Below, piece by piece: positions 39,258 to 49,648 of a DNA stretch of 64,000 nucleotides. The stretch comes from an uncultured Actinomycetota bacterium (GTDB lineage: Bacteria > Actinomycetota > Actinomycetes > JAFAQI01): assembly GCA_963770565.1 (NCBI GenBank), contig CAVYQE010000002.1, forward strand, positions 448,001 through 512,000, read 5' to 3'. The notes below the pieces were generated by a model. The model made no database searches. It had not been told where the DNA came from and saw only the letters and a program-made list of their open reading frames with translations. Every line of letters starts with the position of its first letter. Position 1 is the first letter of the stretch. Position numbers and translations under genes: made by a program.

Positions 39258-40721
39258 CTAGGCATGAGCGACCCCCACCGGCACCATTCCCTCATCGGAG
39301 GGGTAGGCCTCTTCACCGTGCACGGCGAGGTCGCCCACTTCGAGCTCCTCGTCGCTCATTCGTAGCGAGGTGAACAGGCTGATGACCTTCAAGATGATGA
39401 AGGTGACCAGGGCGTCCCACACGATGATCGTGACTGCGGCGAAGAACTGCAGGAAGAACAGGTGTCGATTGCCGTACAACCATCCGACTACGGCGAACGG
39501 TGATCCGCTCGTCGTCTTCGGATAGACCACGACACTCGGATCGGCGAAGATGCCGACCAGCAGCCCGCCACACAGGCCGGCGATCCCGTGGGTGTAGACG
39601 ACTCCCATCGCGTCGTCGACGTGCCGAAGGACGATCGGTTGAAGGTAGGTCCAGGCGAACCACACGATGACGGACGCGATCGCGGCGGTCAGCATCGCGC
39701 CGAGCCCGTTGACATACCCGGCGCCCGGCGTGATGGCCACCAGCCCGACGATCATGCCGTTGATCGCACCGAGAAGTGTCGGCCTCTTGTCCTTGCTCAG
39801 GAACATGTCGCAGAGCACCCAGGTCAGCAGCGCGGACACGGTTGCCAGGTTGGTGTTGACGACCGCAGCCGCTGCATCAGCGCTCGCGAAGTACGGGTCG
39901 CCTCCGTTGAAGCCGTTCCAGCCCAGCCACACGATGCCGGCGCCGATCGTGATGAGCGGCAGGCTGTGTGGGAGGAACCGCTGCCGGTCACGCGCCAACC
40001 GCGGCCCGATCACCCAGGCCGCGACGAACCCGCTCGTCCCAGCCGCAAGGTGGATCACGTAACCACCGGAGTAGTCGACGGCGCCTTCGTGGCTCCAGTA
40101 GCCGCCACCCCACAGCAACATCGCGTTGACGGCGTACACGAATGTCGTCCAGAGCGGGACGAAGATCATCCACACCTTGACCTTGATCCGGCCGAGGACG
40201 CTGCCCAGGAAGAGCAGCGGCGTGATCGCCGCGAACACGAACTGGAAGTAGAACAGCGCGGTCGAAGCTTGGGTCAGTGGCAGGAACGTGCCGATCGGCA
40301 AGCTCGCCTGTTTGACCTCGTCGCTCCCGTTGAGCGACGTCTCGGGGTGACCGACGAAGTTGTAGAAGAAGTTCTTGAAGAAGTTGCTGCCGTATGTGTA
40401 GTGGTACGTGTTCGCGCTACCGCCGCCGAGGGGCGACCCGAAGCCCATCTTGTAGGCCCACAACACCCACACGACGAGTACGGCGGAGAAGCCGGTGAAG
40501 CACATGAACATCGTGTTCACGGCCCACTTCTTCGGGACCAGCCCGCCGTAAAGGCAGGCCAGACCGGGCAGGCTCATCAACCCGACGAAGGTCGCTGCGG
40601 TGAGCTGCCAGGAGTTGCTCCCGGTGTCCAGCCAGGACGGCTGGCAGGCGGCTGGCGCAGCGGTCGCCGTACACGTGTTGGCGGCCGAGTGCAGCGTTGT
40701 AGCAAGTTCGACGATCAACAA
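39258..40721 (-). CDS. amtB: ammonium transporter
   Basis: FQFVFAAIT, DYSGGYVIH, GWNGFNGG, DDAMGV..HG. Confidence 0.95.
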   Translation of the reverse strand: MLIVELATTLHSAANTCTATAAPAACQPSWLDTGSNSWQLTAATFVGLMSLPGLACLYGGLVPKKWAVNTMFMCFTGFSAVLVVWVLWAYKMGFGSPLGGGSANTYHYTYGSNFFKNFFYNFVGHPETSLNGSDEVKQASLPIGTFLPLTQASTALFYFQFVFAAITPLLFLGSVLGRIKVKVWMIFVPLWTTFVYAVNAMLLWGGGYWSHEGAVDYSGGYVIHLAAGTSGFVAAWVIGPRLARDRQRFLPHSLPLITIGAGIVWLGWNGFNGGDPYFASADAAAAVVNTNLATVSALLTWVLCDMFLSKDKRPTLLGAINGMIVGLVAITPGAGYVNGLGAMLTAAIASVIVWFAWTYLQPIVLRHVDDAMGVVYTHGIAGLCGGLLVGIFADPSVVVYPKTTSGSPFAVVGWLYGNRHLFFLQFFAAVTIIVWDALVTFIILKVISLFTSLRMSDEELEVGDLAVHGEEAYPSDEGMVPVGVAHA

Positions 40722-40795
40722 GCCCCCTCAACCAGGAGTCACCCGCTCTGGCGCGGCGCCAGGCTTCATCTCGAGGGGCAACCTAGGAACGCCAT

Positions 40796-40834
40796 GTTTC
40801 GCGTCGTTCGCCGCTTTGTTGCGCCCCGGTTAAC
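40796..40834 (-). promoter_or_regulatory. candidate GlnR-binding boxes upstream of amtB
   Basis: minus strand TTAAC-N6-GCAAC-N17-GAAAC followed by TAGGTT. Confidence 0.5.
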
Positions 40835-40856
40835 TCAAGGCCGGCGAGGCCCCGGG

Positions 40857-40941
40857 CCAAGCAATGTCACATTGCCCCGCACTTCGTGGGGGCAATGTGA
40901 CCCCACCCCCAGGTTTCGCTGGGCAATGTGACATTGCTTGG
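40857..40941. repeat. REP-like palindrome, family A (GCAATGTCACATTGC units)
   Basis: CCAAGCAATGTCACATTGCCC...GGGCAATGTGACATTGCTTGG. Confidence 0.85.
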
Positions 40942-40946
40942 CGGGG

Positions 40947-42035
40947 CTAGCGGGCGAGCGCGGGGGCGCTGATCCGCAGGCGGCGCAGACACCAGGCGGC
41001 CGGCGCCAGCGGCAACCAGACGTTGCAGACCCGGTAGGCGAACACCGCGATGACGGCGGCGGCGAGTGGCACGGTCATCCAGTGCATCGCGAACGGCATC
41101 AACGCCTCGGCCGCACCGGCTCCGGCGAACGGCAGGCTCCGCCTGGTCAACGCGTATCCGGTCGCGTAGCCGACCACCAGGACCTCGACCGGGACGGCAT
41201 GCTGCACGACCGCGAGACAGGCACCCAGCGCCGCGATGTCCGCCGCCCAGTACAGGGCCATCCCGCCCGCCGCCAGCAGCCCGTCCCGAGAGGTGACGAC
41301 GACCCGCACCATGGCGGCCACCGCATCAAGACTTCGACGCACCGCGCCCCACAGCCAACCCGTCACCGGCAACCACCGCCGTACGACGAAAAGAAGGCCA
41401 ACGATGAGCGCTCCGACGGGTACGCCGATCAACCACGACAACACCACGCCACCGCGAGCCGGGAAGTTCTCCACGAACAGCAGGACCGCGCAGATGAACG
41501 CGGCAGGCGCAAGAAGGCCGTACTCGAGCATGCCCAGCGTCAGCACCCGGCCGCGAGCCGCGGGCTCGGACAGGCCATGTTCGCGCCAGAGCCCCTGGTC
41601 AAGGGTGAAGCCGGCGCGCGGGGTCAACATCCCGAAGCCGGCCAGCACCGAAATCCCGAGCCGGCGGATCGACACAGACGGGCCGCCGCTACTGCGCAGC
41701 ACCTCTCGGTAGGCGAGCGTGTAGCCGAGGTGGCTGACCGCCACACAGCCGATCGCGACCGGCAGCCAGACCCAGTCCGCCGCCGAGGCGAGCTGGGACA
41801 TCGCGCCGAAGCCCGCTACCCAGCCAACGCCCGCAAACGCTCCCGCCGCGAGTGCGGTCCCGACCAGTACGGCCGCGAACATTCCGGTCGGCGTGACCCG
41901 CCGATGGTGACCGGCCAGCCAGGCCGCGATGCTCTCCTGGACCCGCCGGCGGCCGGAGACCGGCCGGTGCTCGTCGCCCATCGGTTCAGCAGCCTCACCG
42001 GGGCTCATGCGCACGAGCCTGACACCTCGCTCCAT
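40947..42035 (-). CDS. lysylphosphatidylglycerol-synthase TM (flippase-like) domain protein
   Basis: multi-TM; PFAGAGAAEA..AYR..WLP. Confidence 0.7.
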   Translation of the reverse strand: MERGVRLVRMSPGEAAEPMGDEHRPVSGRRRVQESIAAWLAGHHRRVTPTGMFAAVLVGTALAAGAFAGVGWVAGFGAMSQLASAADWVWLPVAIGCVAVSHLGYTLAYREVLRSSGGPSVSIRRLGISVLAGFGMLTPRAGFTLDQGLWREHGLSEPAARGRVLTLGMLEYGLLAPAAFICAVLLFVENFPARGGVVLSWLIGVPVGALIVGLLFVVRRWLPVTGWLWGAVRRSLDAVAAMVRVVVTSRDGLLAAGGMALYWAADIAALGACLAVVQHAVPVEVLVVGYATGYALTRRSLPFAGAGAAEALMPFAMHWMTVPLAAAVIAVFAYRVCNVWLPLAPAAWCLRRLRISAPALAR

Positions 42036-42135
42036 CGTCGTCTAGGCCGTCGGGCGTCGCCTTGGCCGCTTAGTTTCCCGCTGATATCGGCCGGCAACCG
42101 GCCAAACCAAAGACCCGGCTGGGCCGATCATCCGC

Positions 42136-44361
42136 TCAGGTCGGCCGCGCGGCCGACGACACAGACGTCCTGGTGTCACCCGCCGAAGCGGGCAGGCCGT
42201 CGCGCAACGCCGTACGAAGGGCGGCGATCGGAAGCGGCTTCGACCAGACGAAGCCCTGACCGACCGAGCAGCCGCTCTCGCGTAGCCACTGCGCCTGGCC
42301 GGCGTCCTCGACGCCTTCGGCGATCGTCTCCAGCTGGAGGCTCTTGCCGATCGCGATGATCGCCTCGGTCACCGCCGCGGCCTGCGGGTCGATCGTGATG
42401 CGGTCGACGAACGACTTGTCGATCTTGAGGATGTCCACATCGAGATGGCTCAGATAGGCCAGCGAACTGTATCCGGTCCCGAAGTCGTCGATCGCGATCC
42501 GCACTCCCATCCCGCGCAGCGCCGCCAGCCGGGGCGCGACCGCCTCGAAGTCGCCGAGCACCGCGCTCTCGGTGATCTCGAGCACTAGTTGCCCCGGCCG
42601 GACCCCGTTGACCCGCAACGCCTCGGCGACGGTCGGCACCAGCTCGGGATGGTCGAGGTAAGCCACCGAGACGTTCACCGACATCGTGATCGCGCGCGGG
42701 TCGTCCTGCAGCTCTGCCGCCGTACGGCACGCGGTCATCAGCACCCAGCGATCCAAGGACGTGATCAGCCGGGTCTCCTCAGCCATCGGGACGAAGCTCA
42801 CCGGCGGCAGCAGACCGCGGGTCGGGTGCTCCCAGCGGATCAGCGCCTCGACACCCGTGATGTCGCCGGTCGCAAGGTCGATCTCCGGCTGGTAGTGCAA
42901 CACCAGCTCGTCGCTGCGCAACGCGTGTTGAAGATCCGCGCGCAGCTGCAACCGCTCGAGCGCCTCGGTGTGAAGTCGCGACTCGTAGACCGCCGTCGTG
43001 GACTTCCCACTTTCCTTGGCCCAATACATCGCTAGGTCGGAGTTGCGCAGCGCGTCCTCTGCGGTGACCTCGCCGGGGATCGCGAGCGTGATGCCGATGC
43101 TCGCACTGATCTGCACCGTGACCGCGTCGAGGACGATCGGTGCCGAGATCGCCTCGATCAACCGCTCGGCCGCCTGCTTGGCCTCCTCGATCGTCGCGCC
43201 TTCGAGCAGTACGGCGAACTCGTCGCCACCGACTCTGGCGACCGTGTCCCCCGCCCTGAGCAAGTCGCCGATCCGGGAGCCGATCTCGGCGAGCACCTTG
43301 TCGCCGATCCCGTGCCCGAGGCTGTCGTTCACCGTCTTGAAGTCGTCGAGGTCGACGAACAACACTGCCTGCGGCTCCATCCGGTCGCCGCGGCGCTCGA
43401 GTGCGTGCGCCAGCCGGTCGGCGAACAGCCGTCGGTTGGCCAGGCCGGTCAGCGAGTCGTGCAAGGCCTGATGCGTCAGCTGCTCCTCCAGCATCCGTCG
43501 CTCGGTGACGTCACGCAGCGTGACCACGATCCCGCCGACCGCCGGGTCGTCGAGCAGGTTGCGGATGACGCCTTCGGCGTGGATCTGGTCTCTGCCCGAG
43601 CGGCGGACCCGGACGTTCAGCGGCTGCTCACTGTCGGGCGACGTCGTGGTCAGGACCTCGACGAAGTGGTTGATGTCGTCCGGATGGAGCAGGTCGGTGA
43701 AGCGACTGGCGAGCAGCGCCTCGGGCGCGGCTCCGAGTACCGAGGCCGACGACGGGCTGACGTAGGCGATGGTCGACTCGAGGTCGATGACGGCAATGAC
43801 GTCCGAGGCGTTGCGGACCAGCGAGGCCAGCTTGGCCTCGCCCGCGGCGTGCGCCGTCTGTTCCGTCAGCGTGCGCTGCAGCTCCCGCTGCTTGCGCACG
43901 ACCCGGCGGAACCAGCCGAACCAACCGATCGAGGCGAGCGCGAGCAGTACGACGTAGATCGTCTCGGCCTCGTCGTCGATGTCGCGCTGGCGGTTTGCGA
44001 GCGTCGTGCCGAGCGCGTTGTCGGCCGAGCGGACCCGGTCGAGCGCGGCCACGCTGGTCGGCTGGGTGGTCAACGTCCTCGCGGCAGCACGCAAGGGAGC
44101 CAACTCGTGGCTCGAGACGCCATCCGCGTTGAGGGCCTGGATCGCCTGGTCGACCTGCGCGATGACCGGCGCGGTCGGCGTATGGACCGCCCAGAGCGTG
44201 CCGGCGAGCTGCGCCTGAGTCACCCGCTGGCGGTGCACATCAGCCGGCCGCCGGTAGACCGCGGTCAGCAGCACGAACTCCCCGAAGACCACGAGCAGGA
44301 CCGCGGTCACGGTCAGGCTGGAGCGCAGCCGTCGCCGGAACTCCGTCGCTGCCATGGTCAC
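42136..44361 (-). CDS. PAS-GGDEF-EAL protein
   Basis: HPDD PAS, GGDEF, EALIRW, DDFGTGYSS. Confidence 0.95.
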   Translation of the reverse strand: MTMAATEFRRRLRSSLTVTAVLLVVFGEFVLLTAVYRRPADVHRQRVTQAQLAGTLWAVHTPTAPVIAQVDQAIQALNADGVSSHELAPLRAAARTLTTQPTSVAALDRVRSADNALGTTLANRQRDIDDEAETIYVVLLALASIGWFGWFRRVVRKQRELQRTLTEQTAHAAGEAKLASLVRNASDVIAVIDLESTIAYVSPSSASVLGAAPEALLASRFTDLLHPDDINHFVEVLTTTSPDSEQPLNVRVRRSGRDQIHAEGVIRNLLDDPAVGGIVVTLRDVTERRMLEEQLTHQALHDSLTGLANRRLFADRLAHALERRGDRMEPQAVLFVDLDDFKTVNDSLGHGIGDKVLAEIGSRIGDLLRAGDTVARVGGDEFAVLLEGATIEEAKQAAERLIEAISAPIVLDAVTVQISASIGITLAIPGEVTAEDALRNSDLAMYWAKESGKSTTAVYESRLHTEALERLQLRADLQHALRSDELVLHYQPEIDLATGDITGVEALIRWEHPTRGLLPPVSFVPMAEETRLITSLDRWVLMTACRTAAELQDDPRAITMSVNVSVAYLDHPELVPTVAEALRVNGVRPGQLVLEITESAVLGDFEAVAPRLAALRGMGVRIAIDDFGTGYSSLAYLSHLDVDILKIDKSFVDRITIDPQAAAVTEAIIAIGKSLQLETIAEGVEDAGQAQWLRESGCSVGQGFVWSKPLPIAALRTALRDGLPASAGDTRTSVSSAARPT

Positions 44362-44467
44362 GGGCCTCTCGAGCCGGAAGTGTCGGCCTAGGAGTTGTCG
44401 ACCCGGCGGCGCCGGTAGTTAAGGCATCGCGGTCATAACGGACACTTCAGGGCAAGGGTCGAAGCGG

Positions 44468-44851
44468 TCAGCCGAGCACGGCTTCGGCCTCGATCTCGAC
44501 CCGCCAGCGCGGATCGAGCAGCCCGGACACCACCACCATCGTCGCCGCCGGACGGTGCGCGCCGAAGACCTCGCCGTGTGCCGTGCCGACCGCGTCGGCG
44601 TCTGCCACGGCGGTGATGAACATCCGGGTCCGGATCACGTCGGTCGGCCCCGCGCCCGCCTCCGCCAGCGCGGCGATGATGATCTCGAGGCAGCGGCGGG
44701 CCTGCACCCCGGCGTCGTCCGGGCAGGAGCCGTCGGGCCACACCGGCGCAGTCCCGGAGACCGCGACCCGGTCGCCCACCCGGACCGCTCGGCTGAACCC
44801 GATCACCGGCTCGAACGGCGACCCCGACCTGACCCGCTGCCACTCGGCCAT
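44468..44851 (-). CDS. RidA/YjgF family protein
   Basis: GFSRAVRVG..SGT, RPAATMV, VEIEAEA. Confidence 0.9.
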   Translation of the reverse strand: MAEWQRVRSGSPFEPVIGFSRAVRVGDRVAVSGTAPVWPDGSCPDDAGVQARRCLEIIIAALAEAGAGPTDVIRTRMFITAVADADAVGTAHGEVFGAHRPAATMVVVSGLLDPRWRVEIEAEAVLG

Positions 44852-44886
44852 CTGCGCTCCTTCGTCGTACCGGACCGCAGCATCTC

Positions 44887-45699
44887 CTACCGAAGCGGAA
44901 CGCTCAGATCGCAGGTCAGCGTGTCGGGCGTCGCGGTGCGCTGATCTGCGATCAGGACTTGGCGCAGTGGCCCGGCCGGTCGCCGCTGGTGAGCGTCGAC
45001 CCATCGCTCGAGCGCATCGCAGGCCGGGAGCATCGCCGGCCAGGCGACGTCTCTTTTCGGCAGCCGGATGTAGGCCTCATCATGCGCTGGTTCGATCCGT
45101 CGCTCGATGCCGCTCGAGGTGTCCGCGGCCGGATCACCGGCCCCGCCGGCAACCGGACGGCACAGCTCGATCGGACCGTCGCTGTCCGCACTCACCTCGC
45201 CATAGAAGACGAGGAACGGCACGCCGGCGATCCCGGCAACGCCCGGCCCGGCCGCCCGCAGTCGCGCAAACGCGTCACCGAAGAACTCGTCGGTGCCCCC
45301 GAGATAGACGTGGCGGTTGATCGCGAGCAGCGTGCGCTCCGGCATGGTTCGGACTTCGATCTGGTAGCGCACAGGGTCTTCTCCGGTCAGTCGGCGCTCG
45401 AGGTAGTCGGCAAGCAGTCGCCGCTCGACGGTGGCGGACTCGACCCCGGACCAGTACGACGCAACCGCCTTGGCGGCATCGGCCGGATCGAGTGCGAGCA
45501 CCGTCGAGATGGTCGCGAGCGGCATGTCGAGGCGGCGGAGCATCCCGACCAGGCGGGCCGGCTCGACCTGGTCGACCGAGTACAACCGGTAGCCGGAGTC
45601 GGGGTCGACCTGCGCCGGCACGACCAGGCGCAGCCGGTCGTACAAGCGCAGTGCCTTGATCGACAGCCGGGTCTGCTCGGCGAACTCACCGATCGTCAT
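44887..45699 (-). CDS. MerR-family regulator with GyrI-like effector domain
   Basis: MTIGEFA..KALRLYD..SGYRLYS. Confidence 0.9.
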   Translation of the reverse strand: MTIGEFAEQTRLSIKALRLYDRLRLVVPAQVDPDSGYRLYSVDQVEPARLVGMLRRLDMPLATISTVLALDPADAAKAVASYWSGVESATVERRLLADYLERRLTGEDPVRYQIEVRTMPERTLLAINRHVYLGGTDEFFGDAFARLRAAGPGVAGIAGVPFLVFYGEVSADSDGPIELCRPVAGGAGDPAADTSSGIERRIEPAHDEAYIRLPKRDVAWPAMLPACDALERWVDAHQRRPAGPLRQVLIADQRTATPDTLTCDLSVPLR

Positions 45700-45747
45700 C
45701 AACGCCACGCCGACCTCCGCCTCGGGCGCCAACCGCCCGACCACCTG

Positions 45748-45778
45748 ATCGTGCGGCCTACCCCTGGGTCAGGGTCAA
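45748..45778 (-). promoter_or_regulatory. MerR-type promoter with 19-bp spacer
   Basis: TTGACC-N19-CACGAT with CCCTG..CAGGG dyad, directly upstream of the MerR gene. Confidence 0.7.
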
Positions 45779-45804
45779 GCGCCGACCGGCGCGAGCAGTC
45801 GGGC

Positions 45805-46428
45805 TCAGCCTCGGGTTGCCGACGCCATGAACTCGGCCCGAGCCGAAGGATCATCGCGAAGTACGCCGAGCAGCGCGGATGTCGTGGTGTGTGCGCCGCG
45901 CGCTTGGGCACCGCGCATCGTCATGCACGAATGCTCCGCAACGACGACCACGCCGACGCCGAGCGGACCGAGCTCGTCGTCGAGCCAGCGCGCGATCTGC
46001 ATCGTCATCCGTTCCTGCACCTGCAGCCGCCGGGCGAAATAGGCGACTACGTGCGCCAGCTTGGACAGCCCGAGCAGGCGGGTGCCGGGCAGGTAGCCGA
46101 CCGTTGCCTCCCCGGTGAACGGCAGCAGGTGGTGCTCACACAGCGACGTGAACGGGATGTGCGAGACGACGACCAACCCTTCGTACTGCTCGTCGTTGGG
46201 GAACGTGGTCGCCACGAACGGGCGCGGGCTCAGCAGCTCCGCGTAGGCCGCCGCCACCCGGCGCGGAGTGTCGCGCAGCTCATCGCGGTCGGGGTCGGCA
46301 CCGATTGCGCGCAGTAGAGCGCGAGCGGCCACCTGCGCGGCCGCAAGGTCGACCGGCGACTGGTCCTCGGACTGCTCGGCGGAGTCGATCTCGTCCGGCT
46401 CGGCGGTGTGGAGGGCGGCGAGCGTCAC
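45805..46428 (-). CDS. folE: GTP cyclohydrolase I
   Basis: TPRRVA, SLCEHHLLPF, GLSKL, RLQVQE, HSCM..RG. Confidence 0.95.
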   Translation of the reverse strand: MTLAALHTAEPDEIDSAEQSEDQSPVDLAAAQVAARALLRAIGADPDRDELRDTPRRVAAAYAELLSPRPFVATTFPNDEQYEGLVVVSHIPFTSLCEHHLLPFTGEATVGYLPGTRLLGLSKLAHVVAYFARRLQVQERMTMQIARWLDDELGPLGVGVVVVAEHSCMTMRGAQARGAHTTTSALLGVLRDDPSARAEFMASATRG

Positions 46429-47009
46429 GACGACGCCTCACTGTGATCGCCAGGGAAGGCGTCGACCTCGCTCTTGTGCCACACCGGCGAATCGCCCGCA
46501 GTCTCGACGTTGAACCCGTAGTCATAGACCAGCGTCCCGCCGTACGTCGCACCCACCGAGACGCCGGCCGCCGCGATCACCGAGAGCACCACAACTATTC
46601 CGGGTGCGGCGGGCCGGTCCTGGTAGTGCAGGGTCCGTAGCCCAAGGTCGATCAGGACCAGCACGGTCACCGAGATCATCGTGATGGCATGCGAGTTGAT
46701 CGTCCGGCGAGCCTGGGTGCCCGGCTCGCTCGACCGGCTCCAGTCCGCCCAGCCGGTGAGGGCGGCGAGCAGCGAGACCGCTGCGCCTCCGAGCATCACC
46801 CAGGTGCCGGCGACGAACAGCTGCCGGCCCACGATCGGATGGCTGCCCTTCACCGCGATCGACAGGACGTCGAAGGCCGCAGCGAACAGGTACGCCGTCA
46901 CCGGGACGTCGGTGAGCGGCGGGTGGAACGGCTTGCCGGCGTACCCCCGCAGCCCCTTGAACGCGCGCCCCTTGGTGGTCAGCGTCGGCCGAAACGCGAA
47001 ATGTCGCAT
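46425..47009 (-). CDS. DUF2231 membrane protein
   Basis: PFHPPLTDVP, TGWADW, GGTLVY. Confidence 0.8.
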   Translation of the reverse strand: MRHFAFRPTLTTKGRAFKGLRGYAGKPFHPPLTDVPVTAYLFAAAFDVLSIAVKGSHPIVGRQLFVAGTWVMLGGAAVSLLAALTGWADWSRSSEPGTQARRTINSHAITMISVTVLVLIDLGLRTLHYQDRPAAPGIVVVLSVIAAAGVSVGATYGGTLVYDYGFNVETAGDSPVWHKSEVDAFPGDHSEASS

Positions 47010-47081
47010 GGGACCCTTCCCTGGACGGCGTGCCCGGTTGGTTCTATAGTCAGTCAACATTGTTTTTAGAGGCTGGAGGCG

Positions 47082-47813
47082 GTGTTGTCAACTTCACGGC
47101 CGGAATCCACCCAAGGCTCAACCGGCTGGGACACCGTCCACCTGCTCTCCGAACCCACCAGACGGCTGGTCTACGAGACCGTGCGCCGGGCCGACGGGCC
47201 GCTGAGCCGCGATGACGTCGCCGCCCGCACCGGGGTGAACCGACGCCTGGTGAGCTTCCACCTCGACCGGCTCGCCGATGCCGGGCTGCTGGACGTCAGT
47301 TTCGCCCGCCCGACCGGCCGGACCGGACCCGGCGCAGGGCGGCCGGCCAAGCAGTTCACCGCTAGGGATGCGGACGTCGACATCACCATCCCGCCGCGAC
47401 GCTACGACCTCGCTGCGCGCGTGCTTGCCGAAGCCGTCGACACGGTCGGCGCCGGTGCGGACGTCCGGGCGCACGCCCTCGGCGTAGCCCGCGCCCATGG
47501 GCATCGGATCGGCGAGCTGCGGGCGCCCGGTGGCCGGATGACCTCGGCTCGATCCGTCGCGCTGGCGATTACCACCCTCACCGACCTCGGCTACGAGCCC
47601 GAGCGCGACGCTTCACAGGTGCGGCTGCGCAACTGCCCGTTCGACGCGGTCGTCGACGTTGCGCCGACCCTCGTCTGCGAGGCAAATCTGCGCCTCGTCG
47701 ACGGCATCCTCGACGGGCTGGGCGCGACCGAGCTCCAAGCCCGGCTGGTCGGACCCTGCGACGGCTGCTGCGTCGCGGTCGAGATTCACGAGGGCGTGAC
47801 CGCCGGCCGCTGA
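47082..47813 (+). CDS. HTH transcriptional regulator with Cys-rich C-terminus
   Basis: FHLDRLADAGLL, GRPAK, LRNCPF..VC..CC. Confidence 0.85.
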   Translation: MLSTSRPESTQGSTGWDTVHLLSEPTRRLVYETVRRADGPLSRDDVAARTGVNRRLVSFHLDRLADAGLLDVSFARPTGRTGPGAGRPAKQFTARDADVDITIPPRRYDLAARVLAEAVDTVGAGADVRAHALGVARAHGHRIGELRAPGGRMTSARSVALAITTLTDLGYEPERDASQVRLRNCPFDAVVDVAPTLVCEANLRLVDGILDGLGATELQARLVGPCDGCCVAVEIHEGVTAGR

Positions 47814-47831
47814 CGCGTTTTCCCCACCTCG

Positions 47832-48164
47832 CTACAGCGGGGGGTGCACGTGCTCCTGGTACGACGGGTGGCGCTCGACGAAGTCCCGGATGAACGGGCA
47901 GCTCGGGGTGATCACCTTGCCCTGCGCGATCACATCGTCGAGGGCCGCTCGCGCCAACGCAGTGCCGACCCCGTGCCCCTCGAACCGCGGATAGACCTCG
48001 GCGTGGGTGAACACGACCCGGTCGCCGGCAACGACGTACGTCGTCAGGCCGGCGAGCTCGCCACCGACCCGCACCTCGTAGCGGCGGGCCGCCTGGTTGT
48101 CGGTCACGACGACCTCAGGGGGAGCGTCGTCCGGGGCCGGAGCCATCGCTGAATTCTCGCTCAT
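47832..48164 (-). CDS. YjdJ-like GNAT acetyltransferase
   Basis: FTHAEV..FEGHGVG..PSCPF. Confidence 0.85.
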   Translation of the reverse strand: MSENSAMAPAPDDAPPEVVVTDNQAARRYEVRVGGELAGLTTYVVAGDRVVFTHAEVYPRFEGHGVGTALARAALDDVIAQGKVITPSCPFIRDFVERHPSYQEHVHPPL

Positions 48165-49639
48165 CGGGGCGCGGTCGTCGGCGGCGCGGTCGTGGACGTC
48201 AGCGGCGGCGCGGTCGCGCCGACGCACGGCTGCGACAACCGGGGGTGGTCGGCGATGTGATCGTGGGTGTTCGAGATCGCCAGCCCGGCGATGACCGCAC
48301 CAAGTGCGCACAGACCGCCGGCGGCCACACTGGCGATCCGATACCCGTGGGCGAAGACGGCGGGGTGGAGGTAGGCATCCCCCGTCAACCCGGACACCGC
48401 CGGCAGGATCGCGACGGCAAACAGGCCGGCCGCGCGCGCGACGTCGTTGTTCACCGCTGAGGCAAGACCGGCATGCTCGCCCGGCGCCGAGCTCATCGCG
48501 GTCGAGGTCAACGGCGCGACCGTGATCACCAGTCCCGCGCCGAGCAGGACGATGCCGGGCAGAACCCCGCTCCAGTACGAATGGTCGGTGGTGAGCCGTG
48601 CGAGCAGCACCAGGCCGACCCCGGCGACCAGCGGGCCGGCCGACATCTGCAGGCGCGGCCCGATCCGGGTCGCGAGCCGTCCCGAAGCGGCCGACAGCGT
48701 CAACATCAGCACGGTCACCGGAATCAAGGTGAGGCCGGCATCGAGCGGGCTGTATCCGGCGACCTGCTGAAGCGCCACCGGCAACAGGAACAACGCGCCA
48801 CCCAAGGCCCCGTAGACGCAGAACGTGACCGCGTTGGTCGCCGCGAACTGCCTGGCTGCGAACATCGACGGTGGCAGCATCGGTGCCGCGGACCTTCGCT
48901 CGGTGATCGCGAACGCGGCCGTCGCGACCACACCGACGATGAGGCAGCCAATGACGGCAGCGCTCCCCCAGCCGTCGGCGGGAGCCTCGATCAATGCGTA
49001 AATCAACGTCGACAACGACAGCACCGCCCACACCGCGCCCGGGACATCGATCCGGCCGGTGGCGGCCGCCGTCGACTCGGGAACGTGACGGCGAGTGATC
49101 TCCAGAACGGCCGCGGCGAGCGGAAGGTTGATCAGGAACACCAGCCGCCACGACCCGACCGAGAGCAGGTATCCACCGAGCAGCGGTCCGGCCGCCGTTG
49201 CGAATGCGCCGAGTCCCGACCAGGCGCCGATCGCCCTCGACCGATCATCGGGGACGAACGAGCTCTGCAGGATTGCCAGGCTCCCCGGCGTGAGCAACGC
49301 CGCACCGACTCCTTGCAGGGCGCGGGCTGCGATCAGGGTCGTGGCGGTCGGGGCGGCCGCGCACGCACCCGACGCAATCGCGAACCACACCACACCGATC
49401 GCGAAGACCTTTCGCCGGCCGTAGCGGTCACCGAGCGTCCCACCGAGCAAGAGGAACGCGGCCAGCGTCAGCGTGTACGCCGTGACCACCCATTGCAGTG
49501 CCGAAACTCCCGAGTGGAAGTCCTTGCCGATCCGTGGCAGTGCGATCCCCACCACGGTCGCGTCCAGCAGCGCCAGCCCCGAACCGAGCACCGTGGCGAC
49601 GACGACCCAGCGGCCGCGAGCGCTCTTGTACGTCAGCAC
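48161..49639 (-). CDS. DHA2 family MFS transporter
   Basis: LDATVV..ALP, GDRYGRR, WRLVFLINLP. Confidence 0.92.
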   Translation of the reverse strand: MLTYKSARGRWVVVATVLGSGLALLDATVVGIALPRIGKDFHSGVSALQWVVTAYTLTLAAFLLLGGTLGDRYGRRKVFAIGVVWFAIASGACAAAPTATTLIAARALQGVGAALLTPGSLAILQSSFVPDDRSRAIGAWSGLGAFATAAGPLLGGYLLSVGSWRLVFLINLPLAAAVLEITRRHVPESTAAATGRIDVPGAVWAVLSLSTLIYALIEAPADGWGSAAVIGCLIVGVVATAAFAITERRSAAPMLPPSMFAARQFAATNAVTFCVYGALGGALFLLPVALQQVAGYSPLDAGLTLIPVTVLMLTLSAASGRLATRIGPRLQMSAGPLVAGVGLVLLARLTTDHSYWSGVLPGIVLLGAGLVITVAPLTSTAMSSAPGEHAGLASAVNNDVARAAGLFAVAILPAVSGLTGDAYLHPAVFAHGYRIASVAAGGLCALGAVIAGLAISNTHDHIADHPRLSQPCVGATAPPLTSTTAPPTTAPR

Positions 49640-49648
49640 GGCGTGCGG

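Noticed and set aside
40879-40888. GCACTTCGTG matching the first 10 nt of the casposon TSD (also inverted near 57076)
   Set aside because: It is the loop of a REP-like repeat with no adjacent TIR.
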